Assembly (NCBI GenBank): GCA_905331295.1
Contig: CAJNYD010000551.1
Span: 1-64,000 of the forward strand
Source: Rotaria socialis
Lineage: Eukaryota
Reading direction: 5' to 3'
Length of the DNA: 64,000 bases
Positions 11,523 to 24,045 of the stretch are shown piece by piece; position 1 is the first letter of the stretch, and each line of letters begins with the position of its first letter. Both the position numbers and the translations under genes were made by a program. Below the pieces are notes generated by a model. That model saw nothing but the letters and a program-made list of their open reading frames with translations. It ran no database searches and was not told the origin of the DNA.

Positions 11523-13293
11523 TCAAGAACACAAATGGACGGTAAATGCTTTAAGCACAGGTACATCAACTGTTTCGGTAATATTCAATCGAACAGCGGT
11601 AATCATTTGCGATCCTGCTTGCCATAAATCAATCTTTTTATTGCCAATACTGGTGCCACTTGCCACAGATTTCCATTGATCCTTATTAGATGAATCAGCT
11701 AATTGTACATCTATTGAATATACGCGAATAACTTGACCAAGCGTTTGATCTTCTTGAACGACTGAACGATCAACAGTCACTGGTGAGTCAAAAACTTGAA
11801 AATGGATTCTTCCATCGGCTGACGAATTTCGATAGATAGGTACAACAGAAGTACCATAACATGCACGAATAAAGTCGCCCAATTCTTTATAGCGAAGCGC
11901 ATATGCAGATGGAATGAGACCTGTTCTATCAGGTGTTAGATCAATCATTAGCATACAATTATGACCGACTGAACGATGATAAACATCAATCAATTCTGTA
12001 AGACTACGAAGTAACACATGAGGACCCTGAAATAAAATAAAATAGGAAAATCGAATAGTGTATATGTTTAGCTTGTTTCTCTTCTTATACCCAAAACCAT
12101 CGATCGAATTGTTGAAGTGTTGTATCACATTCGGCTGGTATAAAAATAGGACTGTTAGGATCCCCACCACCTTCTAGACCAGTAGACCAAGTAGGATCGG
12201 GTGCATGGCCAAATTCGTTACCAATCCAACGAATCGGATTTCTTGTTACACCATATCCACCGAATATTATAGAATCAGGTTGAAGTTCGCTCACTAGAGC
12301 AGCGACCGAATCGTGTAACTCTGCAGTATAGCTAAAAATCTTTGAAATTTAAATTCAGCAAACGTGTTACATGCCAAATATTTTACCCTCCATCAAACCA
12401 GATTTCATCGAGTTTACCATAATTCGTCCATAATTCTCTCAATTGTTGTAATACAATACTATCATACGTCTGTTGAGTAATATTCAATTGTCCTTTTTTT
12501 AGCGTAGTATTTTGAACCTATGCGTAAAAATAAGATTTTTATAGGAGGGACCATTGCCCAATCTAAAGAAAACTTAACGAACCAAACCCTGTTTGACATT
12601 AAGATAATCATTATTAACGACAGTATAGTAAAACCCGTGCCTTATATTCTGTTTATTGCAACTCTTAACAAAATTATCAAGGACATTAACACCTTTGACA
12701 GGTGAATAATCCACTGTATAATTGTATGGGATAATGCGACCAGATGGACTCAATGGAAATGTGACATTTGTTGGTGCCATGAGAAAACCACACGCATGCT
12801 ATCAAAAAATCAAAATATACATGGATCATATTCGAGTATAAATATTTACTTTAGCTACCAATACAGCATATTTCGCTCCGAGATCGATCATTGTTTGTGC
12901 CCAATTATTTGTATTCAATTTGTAGGGATTAAACAGTGAGATAGATGGAACCATATCGCCTGTACATCCATCATGATTGTCTACATAAGTAGCCATGTTG
13001 AAATGAATTAAAACACCGATTTCTTGTGCTTGCCATTCGAGTTGCTCGGGTGCTATGAAGTAGAAGAATACCAAAGATTAATTACAACTCTTTTCTTTTT
13101 TTTTCCATGAAAATGACGCAACAAAATACAAATATCTATACTAACTTGGCAAAGCAATACGAACGCCAGTCAACGGAGATATCCGATGTCGAGCGGATCT
13201 CAGCGATAAGTGTTGTTGATGACGATGGTAAACAGACAATCGACCATTCGTAACTGCGATTAACACCAGTAAGACAACGACTAACCGATGCAT
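11523..13293 (-). CDS. Secreted alpha-L-fucosidase (GH29) with C-terminal F5/8-like beta-domain; multi-exon
   Basis: Signal peptide MHRLVVVLLVLIAV; QLEWQ..IGVLIHFNMAT, LVAKHACGF, EIWFDG, RWIGNE, PAECD, YHRSVGHNC, GTSIGNKKI. Confidence 0.9.
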
Positions 13294-14964
13294 GTTGTAT
13301 GCAAAGAAGACACTTACCTGTAGTTATCTGACTGAATTTTTTAAAGACAAAAAAGAATACACACTGGTCCAACTGATAAGACTCGAACAAACACAACACT
13401 TGTCTATTCGTTCTTTATTGCCAAAAGATAATTTTGAGGCAGGACTTGAACGAAAACCAAAAACCAAAAAACAACCTGGAATCCTAATTCTTTTCTCGTA
13501 TCTATAATTTGTTATCGTTTTGTTGATTTTAAAATATTTTATTTAAAGAAAATTTTGTATTGAGCATATTGATGAATCATGGGAAAATTCTTTTAGAAAT
13601 CGATAGAACTTTTATAATATTGTTAACTTCAATAATATCATGGATTGTTATTTTCTTTAATTCTAAACTTTGAATAGAACCTCAAACAAGGATCGCAAGT
13701 TTTATTAACGCCCGGATGCTAGTCATGATGACAAATATCACGTTTCACAGCTTGTTTACTTATTAATTGTATTGCCAAGTAAGAACTCATGATCATAGTC
13801 GAGCACTTACTGGTGCTTTAAACTCATTTTAATCACTGAACTTTCAAACATACATATGATCGATATAATGTCTGAGCAAATACACAACTTGTTATCTACA
13901 TGTTAACACGGTAAATCGCAGTGGAAACCTATAGGCGAATTGTCCGATTGTTTCCTGTTATCAAAACGCTGCATCTGCCTTTTCGCGGAATCTGTTCTTC
14001 TACTCATTTATCGATCATCAGAATCCAGTTGTTGTAAGAATTTGATCTTCTTTACAGTCATAAAATATGAGGGCTGTCAAAGATCCTAAAAGTGTCCACT
14101 TTTCACAAAGCCCGTTAACGAACAGAAGCACTTTACTAGTCAAAGGAAACAGTCGAAACTCTATAACATTGCCATTATACAGTTCTATTCTACTTTTCTA
14201 TATCTGTACATCACTCTTATTTCTCGTAATGGAATTTTTTTTCTTCTACAGAGCGTTTGTAGTACTTTACTGTTATCTTTCCTACTATGTACGAACTCTT
14301 TTATTCGTTTGAGTCTTTTCACTACCGCAGCAGCTTTTACAAGTTCTATCGTAGTTTATCATGCTTTTCATAACATAGAAATCTATAATTACAAACTTGT
14401 GTGATAGAAAGTTTAGTATGATTTCAAATAAAAAAAAATAAAAATTAATCGTTTCTTTTCTTTTAAAGAATGATAGAAAAAATATATGTTTAGCATATCA
14501 TATTATAACTGACAAAGCAACAGCTAGAGAATAAATATTCATTGTTCTTAACTTTGTTAAATATAAAAACAAATGTCTTTATGGTCATGCCTCTGCAATA
14601 CTTGCCTTATTATTTGTAAGTTTGTAAAGAGCATTAGAACATGTCATCATCATTTATTGATCTTCGTTCAGTTGCAGTAACAAAACCAACACGTTGTGCC
14701 GATATTGATGGCACGCTTCGATGATTCTCCTCCCTTCTCTTTCCATTGTTCTAATGTATCTCTCTTCTATCTCTCTCATATATATACGTGCGTTATGTAT
14801 GAAGTTGTTACACTCTGGAGATGTCAGATGACACAATACACCATCATGCCGACGGGCATAGGCGACACTCTAGTTTTGTCGTTACACTTTGGATAACTTG
14901 AAGTAGCCTAATAAACATCTTTGCCGAGAGTGGCACAAGCTACTCCAATATAGTTGTTCGTTAC

Positions 14965-15978
14965 ACACGTGAAATGCGTCAGGCAATGCTCGATGCTGAA
15001 GTTGAAGACGATGTTTATGGTGGTGATTTAACTGTGTTAAAACTACAAGATATAGCAGCCAAATTATTAGGAAGAGAAGCAGCCTTATTTGTTCCGTCGG
15101 AAACAATGGAAGATCTTATTTGTGCTCTCAATCATTGTTCACAATTTGGCTCAGAAATGATATTGGGCGATGAATGTTACATGAACATATATCAGCAAGA
15201 TGGATGCGCAACATTAGCAAGAATTCATTCGCGAACAGTTACAACATAGCCAGATGGAACACTTCTACTTCAAGACATCGAACAACGAATTTGAACCGTC
15301 AAAGATGATGACTATTTTCCTTGCACGAAACTCGTCTGTTTGGAAAATACACACTACAGAATGAGAGAAAAAGTTTTAACTGTTGAATACATACAAAGTG
15401 TTGGAAAATTATGTCAACAATATGGATTAAAATTGCATATGGATGCTTCACGACTAATGAATGCAGCTGTTAAATTAGATGTCAGCCCAGCTGAATTGGT
15501 TGAACCATGTGATCCTGTTTTATTTTGTTTATCAAAAGGTTTAGTAGCACCGGTTGGATCACTCATCGTTGATACACATGAATTTATTCTACAAGCTAAA
15601 TGATTGAGAAAAGTTTTGGGAGACAGAATGAGATAAGCAGGTGTGTTAGCGGCTGCTAGGATCATTTCGTTAACACAAACGCCAAACTTATTAAATTTAG
15701 ACCATCAAAATGCCAAATTACTTACAGAAGGATTATCAAAAATCAATGGATGTGAAATCGATTGTGAAAAGGACGTTTAAACAAGCGTGGTATTTTTTCT
15801 ATTAAATTTTGATAAACTCCAAATAAATGCACAAACATTTGCTAATATTTTAAAGCAAGATGATAGAATATTGGTATCGGTAAAAGGAAAGTTCAAATGT
15901 CAATTTATTACACATTATATGATTACAAGAGAAAATATTGAGTATGTTTTAGAAAAAGTTAGACATTTGTTAGAAAGC
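14965..15978 (+). pseudogene. Low-specificity L-threonine aldolase pseudogene, intronless and N-terminally truncated
   Basis: MRQAM..AEV.DDVYG, AALFVPS.TM, CLENTH, LHMD.SRL.NAA, FCLSKGL.APVGS; in-frame stops at 15247, 15292, 15601, 15634, 15778. Confidence 0.92.
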
Positions 15979-16481
15979 ACCCCAGGACAATCATTCCAAC
16001 CGTCGAAACGAGCATCTTAAAAGACCTGAGCCGGCTATAAAACGGCATAATAAGGCAATAATTTTTACCTTATTTCGCCGTAATCCGTTAGCTCCTTTTA
16101 CTGGCCGTTTTTTTTCGCTAGAAAATGACCATCGTTTTTAACACTATATTCATCGTTTTCCGAGCTGGTGGAAAGCGCTGCTGTTTTTCAACGTTTTATA
16201 CCGTTTTTATGGCAGTTTACGCACCCTTTTCTTGGACATAGGACTAAAAAAGCTTGCTAGCGTTAAAGTGTGAAACTCACATATATCCCGCGGGTGTGAA
16301 TGGGGGCACTGTCCTTGATCATTTTTATTAGAAAAGAAAAGATTCATAATTGAAAATCTTCACACCGCTACAGTTCTCTATCAATTGATAGTATGTGCCT
16401 ACATTGGTAACAAATTAAAGAATAGGTCACTAATGAATCGTTTAGTTATATGCACATTTTGGCGACGATTTGAAATATAAA

Positions 16482-19018
16482 TCAAAGATGTTGGCGAATA
16501 TGCTCGAATAGGCTTTCCAATCGATTAGTATCATTGTCGAGTAAATCGACGAGGCATTTACGTGCTTTTTGTACGACACCATACCATAAAACTGACAGTG
16601 AAGAGTAACGCGTTTCCAATATGATGATAATAATAGCCGAAATAAGAACTTGATGATTGTACGATGACGAAAACACAGACAAAGATCGACCTACCAATTT
16701 TTCCATAGTTTTCGAATCTAGGTCCCATAGACCATCGAAGTTTTGTCTATCGATCAAAAAGCGAACAACACTGTGATCGTCTTTCGGCAATGCCTCTTCT
16801 GAACTTCTTGCATTTGATGAACTGGACGTTAATATACTAGGACTGTGCATCATTGATGTACACTCTGCAAAGCTTTCTGGCTCGAAGCAGTTTGACATTG
16901 AAGCCATGGCATCTTTTTTAACTTGACTACTGCGAGACGAATCTCTGTTTTTAATACTTCCCGGGACTGGCGATCGATAGCTCGACTTTGATGTTGGCAT
17001 CATCATCATATTCTTCTTCATAAATGATACGCTAGAGGCCCTAGCAGGAGGAACGTTTGCATTTCTTATTGTCAAATGTTGATCATCTGCTGAAATTTGA
17101 ATGGGCACTTCACGTAAGGTCATACCGGCATTATTTCCGTTTTCACGTTTTTCGACGCCAACAAATGCAGTGTATGGACTGAGAATTTTATATTTGAGTG
17201 ATAATTCAATAATTCTTTTCTTTGTCATATCTTTTTCATCTGTCGTAGCTGTTGTCGATACTTGCTGAGATGGTTGAAACCGAGTTTGTAATGAACCTGT
17301 AATATTCTTTGATGGAGTCTTCGCATGTTGTAGTTCAAGAATAAGTGCTTTAGCAGCAAGTCGAGCGATTGTCCCATTGTTGTTCACGTTCGGTATACGA
17401 TTAATATTTGCTTCACCCAATGGATGTTGATCAACATAGAATTTTACGCTAGCGTTTTGATCGAATCGTGAAGTCAAATCATCGGCTAATGCGTAGACCA
17501 GCAGTCGATCGTTAACATACACTGGCGGTATCTTTGTTGGAATACTCGTTACAAGTGTATTCAAATTCCAGTTTACTTGTGTATTTGTTATACAAGGTTG
17601 AAGAGCTTTTTGTAATTGTTCACCGACATAAATATCAACGCTACTATTAGGTGGAATAAAAGCAAAACGACCATTGGTTGCTCTAGCAAGACCTTTCACC
17701 AACGAACGACTAGGCGAATTACCCAAACCAAACGAAAATATTCGTGTAGATGTTGCCATTGAACGGCATAAATCTATTACTTGATCGACATTTGAAATTT
17801 CTCCATCGGTCAATAGAAAAACTTGTCGAGCATGTCCTTGTTCTGGCATGTGTTGTTGAAGCCATTCAAGAGGTTTTAACTGAAAGAAAAAATATTAGTT
17901 GTAAATTGAAATGTCCATCGTACTAATTGTATCGAACTTACAAGTTCAGTTCCACCTAAATCTGCTTGCATTTGTTTCATATATTCTTCAGCTTTTTGAA
18001 CATTTTCTTTATTGTACACAGCCGTAATCTTGTCAAAGAGCGACTGATGTAAAGATCCAAATCGAATAATATTGAATTTACAATTGACTGGAAGACTTTT
18101 AAGAAATAGTAGCATTGATTGGCGTGCTAATCCGATCTTGTTTTCATCTCTCATTGATCCACTACAATCAATAACAAAAATGAATTCATTCGTTGTTCCA
18201 ATATTATTCATGATACGTTGACAATCATCTTCTGTTGGCGTAAATGAAGCCATAATAGCGCCTGATTCAATAGCGATAATTGTATTCGACCGGTTCTCAA
18301 CGAGATCCACATCGAGAAGAATATCTCGATCCAGATGTGTATTTTGCTGAGCAAATTCAACCGTATAAAAATCTTCTTGACTAAAGCCCACTTGAATCGG
18401 ATGTGACGGTGAACTGACACTTGAGACACCCATTTTATCGACTTGACATCGAAAATCAATGGTATAAGAACTTGTTTGAACATATTTTGAATTGGTTTCA
18501 GCTGGTGAACCAATACCACCGTTATTTGGATTATAACGAGGTGCAATCGTAGTGGGAATAACAAAACGAATCTTCCGACCATTTTGTATAAGATCGAGTT
18601 CAGTCACATACGATATTGTTATATGACATTCTTTGCCCGGTAAAAGTCCACCAACATTGATAATAAAATTGTCCTGGGATTTTTCATTTTGTTCCAGTAA
18701 ATAGGCACCTTGGCCTTGACGAAGAGCATCACTATATTCTTGTTGTGCCTCCTGTTTTTCTTTTAGATTCGCAATTATTTCTCGATCGTCAATATGAGCG
18801 ACAAATGCATAAACAGCAGCCTGTTCTTCAATGGGAAAGCAATAGACAGCTTCGATCGGTGTTGCTTCATCGTTACGAAAAACTTGTTTTATTGTAACAT
18901 CAGCGGCAAACGATCGTATTGTTGCTTCAACAGTCACTCTTTTCAATGAAACATACTCTGATTTTGGTTGTTGTTGAGGATGAGCGGTTAAAATCGATGT
19001 AGGTTTGATGCACAACAT
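16482..19018 (-). CDS. VIT + von Willebrand factor A domain protein (vWA5A-like), ~824 aa, 2 exons (intron 17880-17941)
   Basis: VIT (PIEAVYCFPIEEQAAV), MIDAS FVIDCSGSM, ADLGGTEL, LLTDGE, RIFSFGLG, LSPYTAFVGV, QNFDGLW. Confidence 0.92.
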
Positions 19019-20289
19019 TTTGTGATCTAATGTATGTTACAAGATATTTTGTATTTATATAGGAGTGACTGCATCTATGAAAAAAATATAATGACTAAAA
19101 GTCAATATGAGGCAAGAATGTTAAAGAAATAGTTCTGAATCATCGAAAAGCAAATGTTTTTTATCTGAAAGTAATACACCCACCGATTCATCTAGAATTG
19201 CACAATTATACAACAAGCAAGATAACATTGGCAAATAGTTTTCTCATGAGGATAATATGCTTCCTTATGCAAAACAAAAATATCACAGCTAAAGTCAAAT
19301 CACTCCTGTCAAAGATAAAGTCTATGGTGGTATGTTGCTGACTCGTAAAAAAGAAGAAGGATGAATACGTATTATTATTATGCATGTAGTTACTCACTCA
19401 GCATATATCATTGAAGTAAATACCAATAGTTTTCAGTATTGAAGAAGATATAGTCAGGTATTAATATAAATTACTGACTTCTTATTGGCTTAGATTTCAA
19501 TTTTTAGAAAAAATAAAAGCCGTTTGAACTCTATAATCGATATATCGAAGCTATTTCGAACTCGGATCAAAAATTATAAGGTCTCACTTGCATGTTGGTC
19601 AGATAGTTTAACTTTGGAAATTTTTTATTTGTCGACAACGATTATACTGCGAGGTAGGCGCACCATGGGTCATGGTTGGTAATTCAAACCAACCTCTCGG
19701 CTACCTTGAACTGATATCGTCTCTCTAGTCTATTCCGAGTATTGTGACAAACATTCCGATGTTTGTCAAACCAACAAATAATAATTTCTATATTTTCTTC
19801 TAATTTCTGAAGATTTAAGAATAGTATTGAGTGCTGTTTCGAGATGAATTTTTATAAGACACACTTGTCACAACATCCGCAAATCTATTTTACATGCTGC
19901 AAAAATTCTTTTTACTGATTAGTTTCATATGACGATGAGCATGACGCATTGGAGTTCATCCGATCCTTTTAACTGGTGAATAATTTTTAAAAAGATGACG
20001 TTCTATTTCTTTGTTAATGCATATTATTATTTTTATTAGCAACCAGAGATTGTTTTTCTACATGTCATTTGTACAATATAGAAAAAAAAAGAAAACACAT
20101 AGCAAGCATTTCATTTCATTTCATAGAATGATGAAAGAAAATAATTATAAATCTATATACATTCAATCAATGAACAGAAAATTTTTTCCCAGAAAGTAAA
20201 AAAAGAAAAGAAAAAGACCAGAAGAAACTAAAACAAGAGACATGGAGAAAAACGAAATCATCAATAATAAATAAATAAACTCGACAAAA

Positions 20290-21585
20290 TTAACGTATTA
20301 GCAATCGTCGCAGGTTACTTCGTGTTTTATTGGAAAAAATAGGTGATATAGAAGCTCGTTTACGCCATGGAGATTTTATTGGGCCAATTGTAGTTTTACA
20401 TGGACTTGATGGATGATACGGTCCCGAACAATATTGACAAAAATTATTTTGACATAATGGATTCGTACAAATGCTGAAAGGAGAAAAGCTCGGTTTAAAA
20501 ATTATATGAATTGTAGTAACGAAACTTTTGGAATTTAATTATGTAATCACTAGACCTATCAAATAATTCTGTACGAAATAGAGGTTAAATGATGTCAAAA
20601 TGCAAGGTCCTCAGCGTTACAGATATTTATGAAAATTTACTTTCGAAATTCTACTCGAGATTTTATATTGACGTTTTAGAAACAGATAAGGAACATCTTC
20701 AATATCATGCATCGAACAACCGCCTATTTCTATGTATAACGTTTTCCTTATGAGATCCACAGCACTTGCAGTGTCAAAGGACGAACATGATCAGTTATAG
20801 TATAGATTTTATTTTCAAAAAACATACCCATGCTGATCATTCACATCAACAATTGAAACAAAGCCACAAAGTGGACATCGCTTAGGAACTGTTGGTCCAT
20901 GCAAATATTTCAAATATCCATAACGAAACGTCATCGTGCTTGCAGCCAGATGAATATTATCTTCTGTATTTGACGTTGATTGGTGTTGAAGTTGAACTCG
21001 ATTTTTATCTGTATTTGTTATTTCAATGTTAAAAGGTATGGTTAATTTCGAATGAATTGTATTTGTTATTGTTTGCATTGGTGTACTCGTTAATTTTGTA
21101 TTTCTTATTGGTGATTGTTCTGGGTTGATGATATTATTAAATAAATTTCGTTTGACATTTTTCGTTCGTTTCCGTTGATGATAATCTTTGACAGTAAAAT
21201 TCCATTGTTTAGAAACATTTAAACAAGAAGTTAAATCATGATTAGATAAACTATTTAATATTTCATCAATTAGATGAGATGCATTACGATGATTTAATTG
21301 TGTTAATATATCAAAATATTTTCTTGTTGTTACATAATTTTCATAATCAATGGTTGAAAGAAATTTTTGAGCTATTGGATTAATTGGAGATTGATTATTA
21401 TGTTCAGATAAGGGAGAATCACATTGATTAAAAACGACCATCGATGGTGATAGACGAGATGGAGATGTTAAATATGAAGATGAAAATGTTAAATAACCTG
21501 AATCAAGTCGACTATTAACAGACATAAGAGTAGGAAGAAAATCATTGGAATTATCATTATTTTCATCGTTCACACAACTCGACAT
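20290..21585 (-). CDS. Emi1/Emi2 (FBXO5/FBXO43/Rca1)-like APC/C inhibitor; 2 exons (intron 20474-20827)
   Basis: DSGYLT degron-like motif, F-box (HLIDEILNSL...CLNVSKQW), zinc-binding region CPLC..CTNPLC...FCQYC...H....C, and C-terminal SNKTRSNLRRL tail. Confidence 0.85.
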
Positions 21586-22202
21586 TTTGCTTTAATTTTA
21601 TTGAGTTTCAAATACAATGTCTAAAATGAAAGAAAAACGATTCATATTTATTTACCAGTCGCTATGAAATCGTAGTACACGATTTCTATGATAAGGAAAA
21701 TCAATTCAGAGAACTAGCGAAAGTTCTGAAACAACCAAATGATGCATACCTCTCTTATAGTTAGTGCCGGAACTTAAAATTGATTCACTACTTGGAAAAG
21801 TGTCTGTGAATATTGTACAAAATTTGATCGCATAGAAATCGTCATAACCTGTATCTAATGAACTCTTTATCCCTAGTTCGAAATTCGAATAAGTACACTG
21901 AAAGAGATAAACGTCTCTTTATGCATTCGAGGTCATTTTAACAAAGATGTTTATTTACTAATACTTTTAGTTCGCTCTTTGTCTTCTAGGAACAATGAAC
22001 CATCTGTTCAGTATTTATCATTGCACACAAGAAAACATATTTTCAATGAGATTATTTTATTTTTTTCTTGGAATTTATCGAATGCTTTTTTAATATTATT
22101 TTTTTCCGCTTTTCATGATAGAGGATGTGTACAAAATTCTGATTGGCTATTCTTTGTCTACTACCTGGATTTGTCATTTGTGTTTTATTTTTTAAACTAA
22201 AC

Positions 22203-23886
22203 ATGTCGACGAATCTAAATGCCACATTAAATTTTGTTGAAAAAGACGTTGATAAAGCTATTGAATCTGTACACGAATATTATAGAAATATCGATACAAA
22301 CATCGATAATATCATCGAACAAATTCAAAGTATGATATCGAATTCTACCGATGATAAATTAGTGAAAACATCCGTTCAAAATATGATAAAACCATTAGCT
22401 AAACAATACAGTGATAAACATAAAGATTTACATGGTTCAATATCGAAAATTGGTAAAACAATTGATAAATATTTTCAATCCGATTTTGGTAATGTTCCTA
22501 TCACAGAATTGTTTGATACAACGGAAAAATTAAAATTAATTTATATGATTATATGTGAAGATCTCTATCGACAAGGACGTATGTCAATAGCAGAGAAATT
22601 AATTGAAGAAACAAAATTAGATGATAATGATTTATATAATCTTGAAAAAAATTTTCTAGAAGAAATAAATATGATTTTAGAAAATTTACGTGAAAAAAAT
22701 GTTTTACCAGCTATTGATTGGTGTATTCGTCATCGGAATGAGTTAATTAAAAATGATAGTTTATTGGAATTTCATTTACATAAAATGCGTTTCGTCCAAT
22801 TATTACAAACGGGAAATTTCGAAGAAGCAAAAGATTATTTTATTCATCTAAGGCAATATTCAACTCTCAATGGACAATTTGAACAAGATGTAAATTACTT
22901 AATGGGAGCATTTGTTTTTGCTCGACGAGATTTATCACAATCACCCTATAAATATCTTCTTGAACCTCATCTTTGGTTACAATTATCAGAATTATTTATG
23001 CAACAAGCATTTCAACAACTTGGACTCGCTCAAGATAGTCCACTTTATGTCGTGATGAAAATTGGTTTTCAATCTTTACCTGCTCTTATGAGGTAAATTT
23101 TAAAAAAATCAAAGTTAACAGACTCATTATATTACCAATAAAGTTCTCCGCTGGATAAATCTATTGTATAGTAACATCATTGAGTTTGTAGTTCTTATGT
23201 CAAAATATAGTAGTGAATCGAAACACCTGAAAATTTTCGGCAGTCGATCGTAATGCTCATGCCCTTTGTTTCTCGCTGAAATCTACAGTTGTACTATCGA
23301 AGTAAATGCGCTAGAAAGAAAAAAGTTTGCTGGCGCATGTAATTTATGTATATAATACAGAAACATCATAGTATGCATAGAGATTCTTTTTCGTTCAGTT
23401 ATTTATCTATAAATATAGACTCGTACTGTTTTTCTAGTAATGTTCGATGTATACTATTCTTCTTTTCTTTCTTTACTAATCTAACATATCTTCTTGATGA
23501 AAGAAAAAAAGCAGTTTATATTGAATATAATGTGTTTCGTATTTTTCTAGTATTGTAAATGCAATGCAAAATACACAAGTATGCCATATTTTATCGAAAG
23601 ATGAATTACCTATTGAAGTTGATGTTGGTCAAGAACATCGATATCATAGTGTTTTTGCTTGTCCAATTCTTCGACAACAAACAACCGATCAAAATCCTCC
23701 GATGAAACTTGTTTGTGGACATGTCATATCAAAAGATGCACTTAATAAATTATCCATGCAAAATAAACTAAAATGTCCTTATTGTCCATTAGGTAGAAAT
23801 GTTCATTTTTGAAAAAGAAAACGATGTACGATTTTATTTTCTATTTAGAACAAAGTCCATCGGATGCTCGACAATTATTTTTTTGA
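22203..23886 (+). CDS. RMND5: RMND5/GID2 E3 ligase subunit of the CTLH complex; 3 exons
   Basis: [17 protein letters not shown], LisH/CTLH/CRA region, degenerate [49 protein letters not shown]. Confidence 0.95.
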
Positions 23887-24045
23887 CAAAAGAAAAAGAT
23901 AATAAACCGGTTTTATTGTTAATAATAATTTATTTTATTTTTATTGTTTGTTCTCATAATGAAGATCAGTCGTTTTTCTTCTCTCTATCTCATTTGTTTT
24001 TTGGGATATGTACGATTTTAATAATACAATTCTAGATTAGAAATC

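Noticed and set aside
15247..15780. Stop-codon reassignment or selenoprotein reading of the threonine aldolase
   Set aside because: All three stop types occur, conserved glycines are also mutated, and neighbouring genes use the standard code
15980..16240. CCCAGG-starting, AACG/CGTT-rich MITE-like segment at the pseudogene end (similar texture at 11175-11340)
   Set aside because: Termini too degenerate to define by eye; probably old repeats
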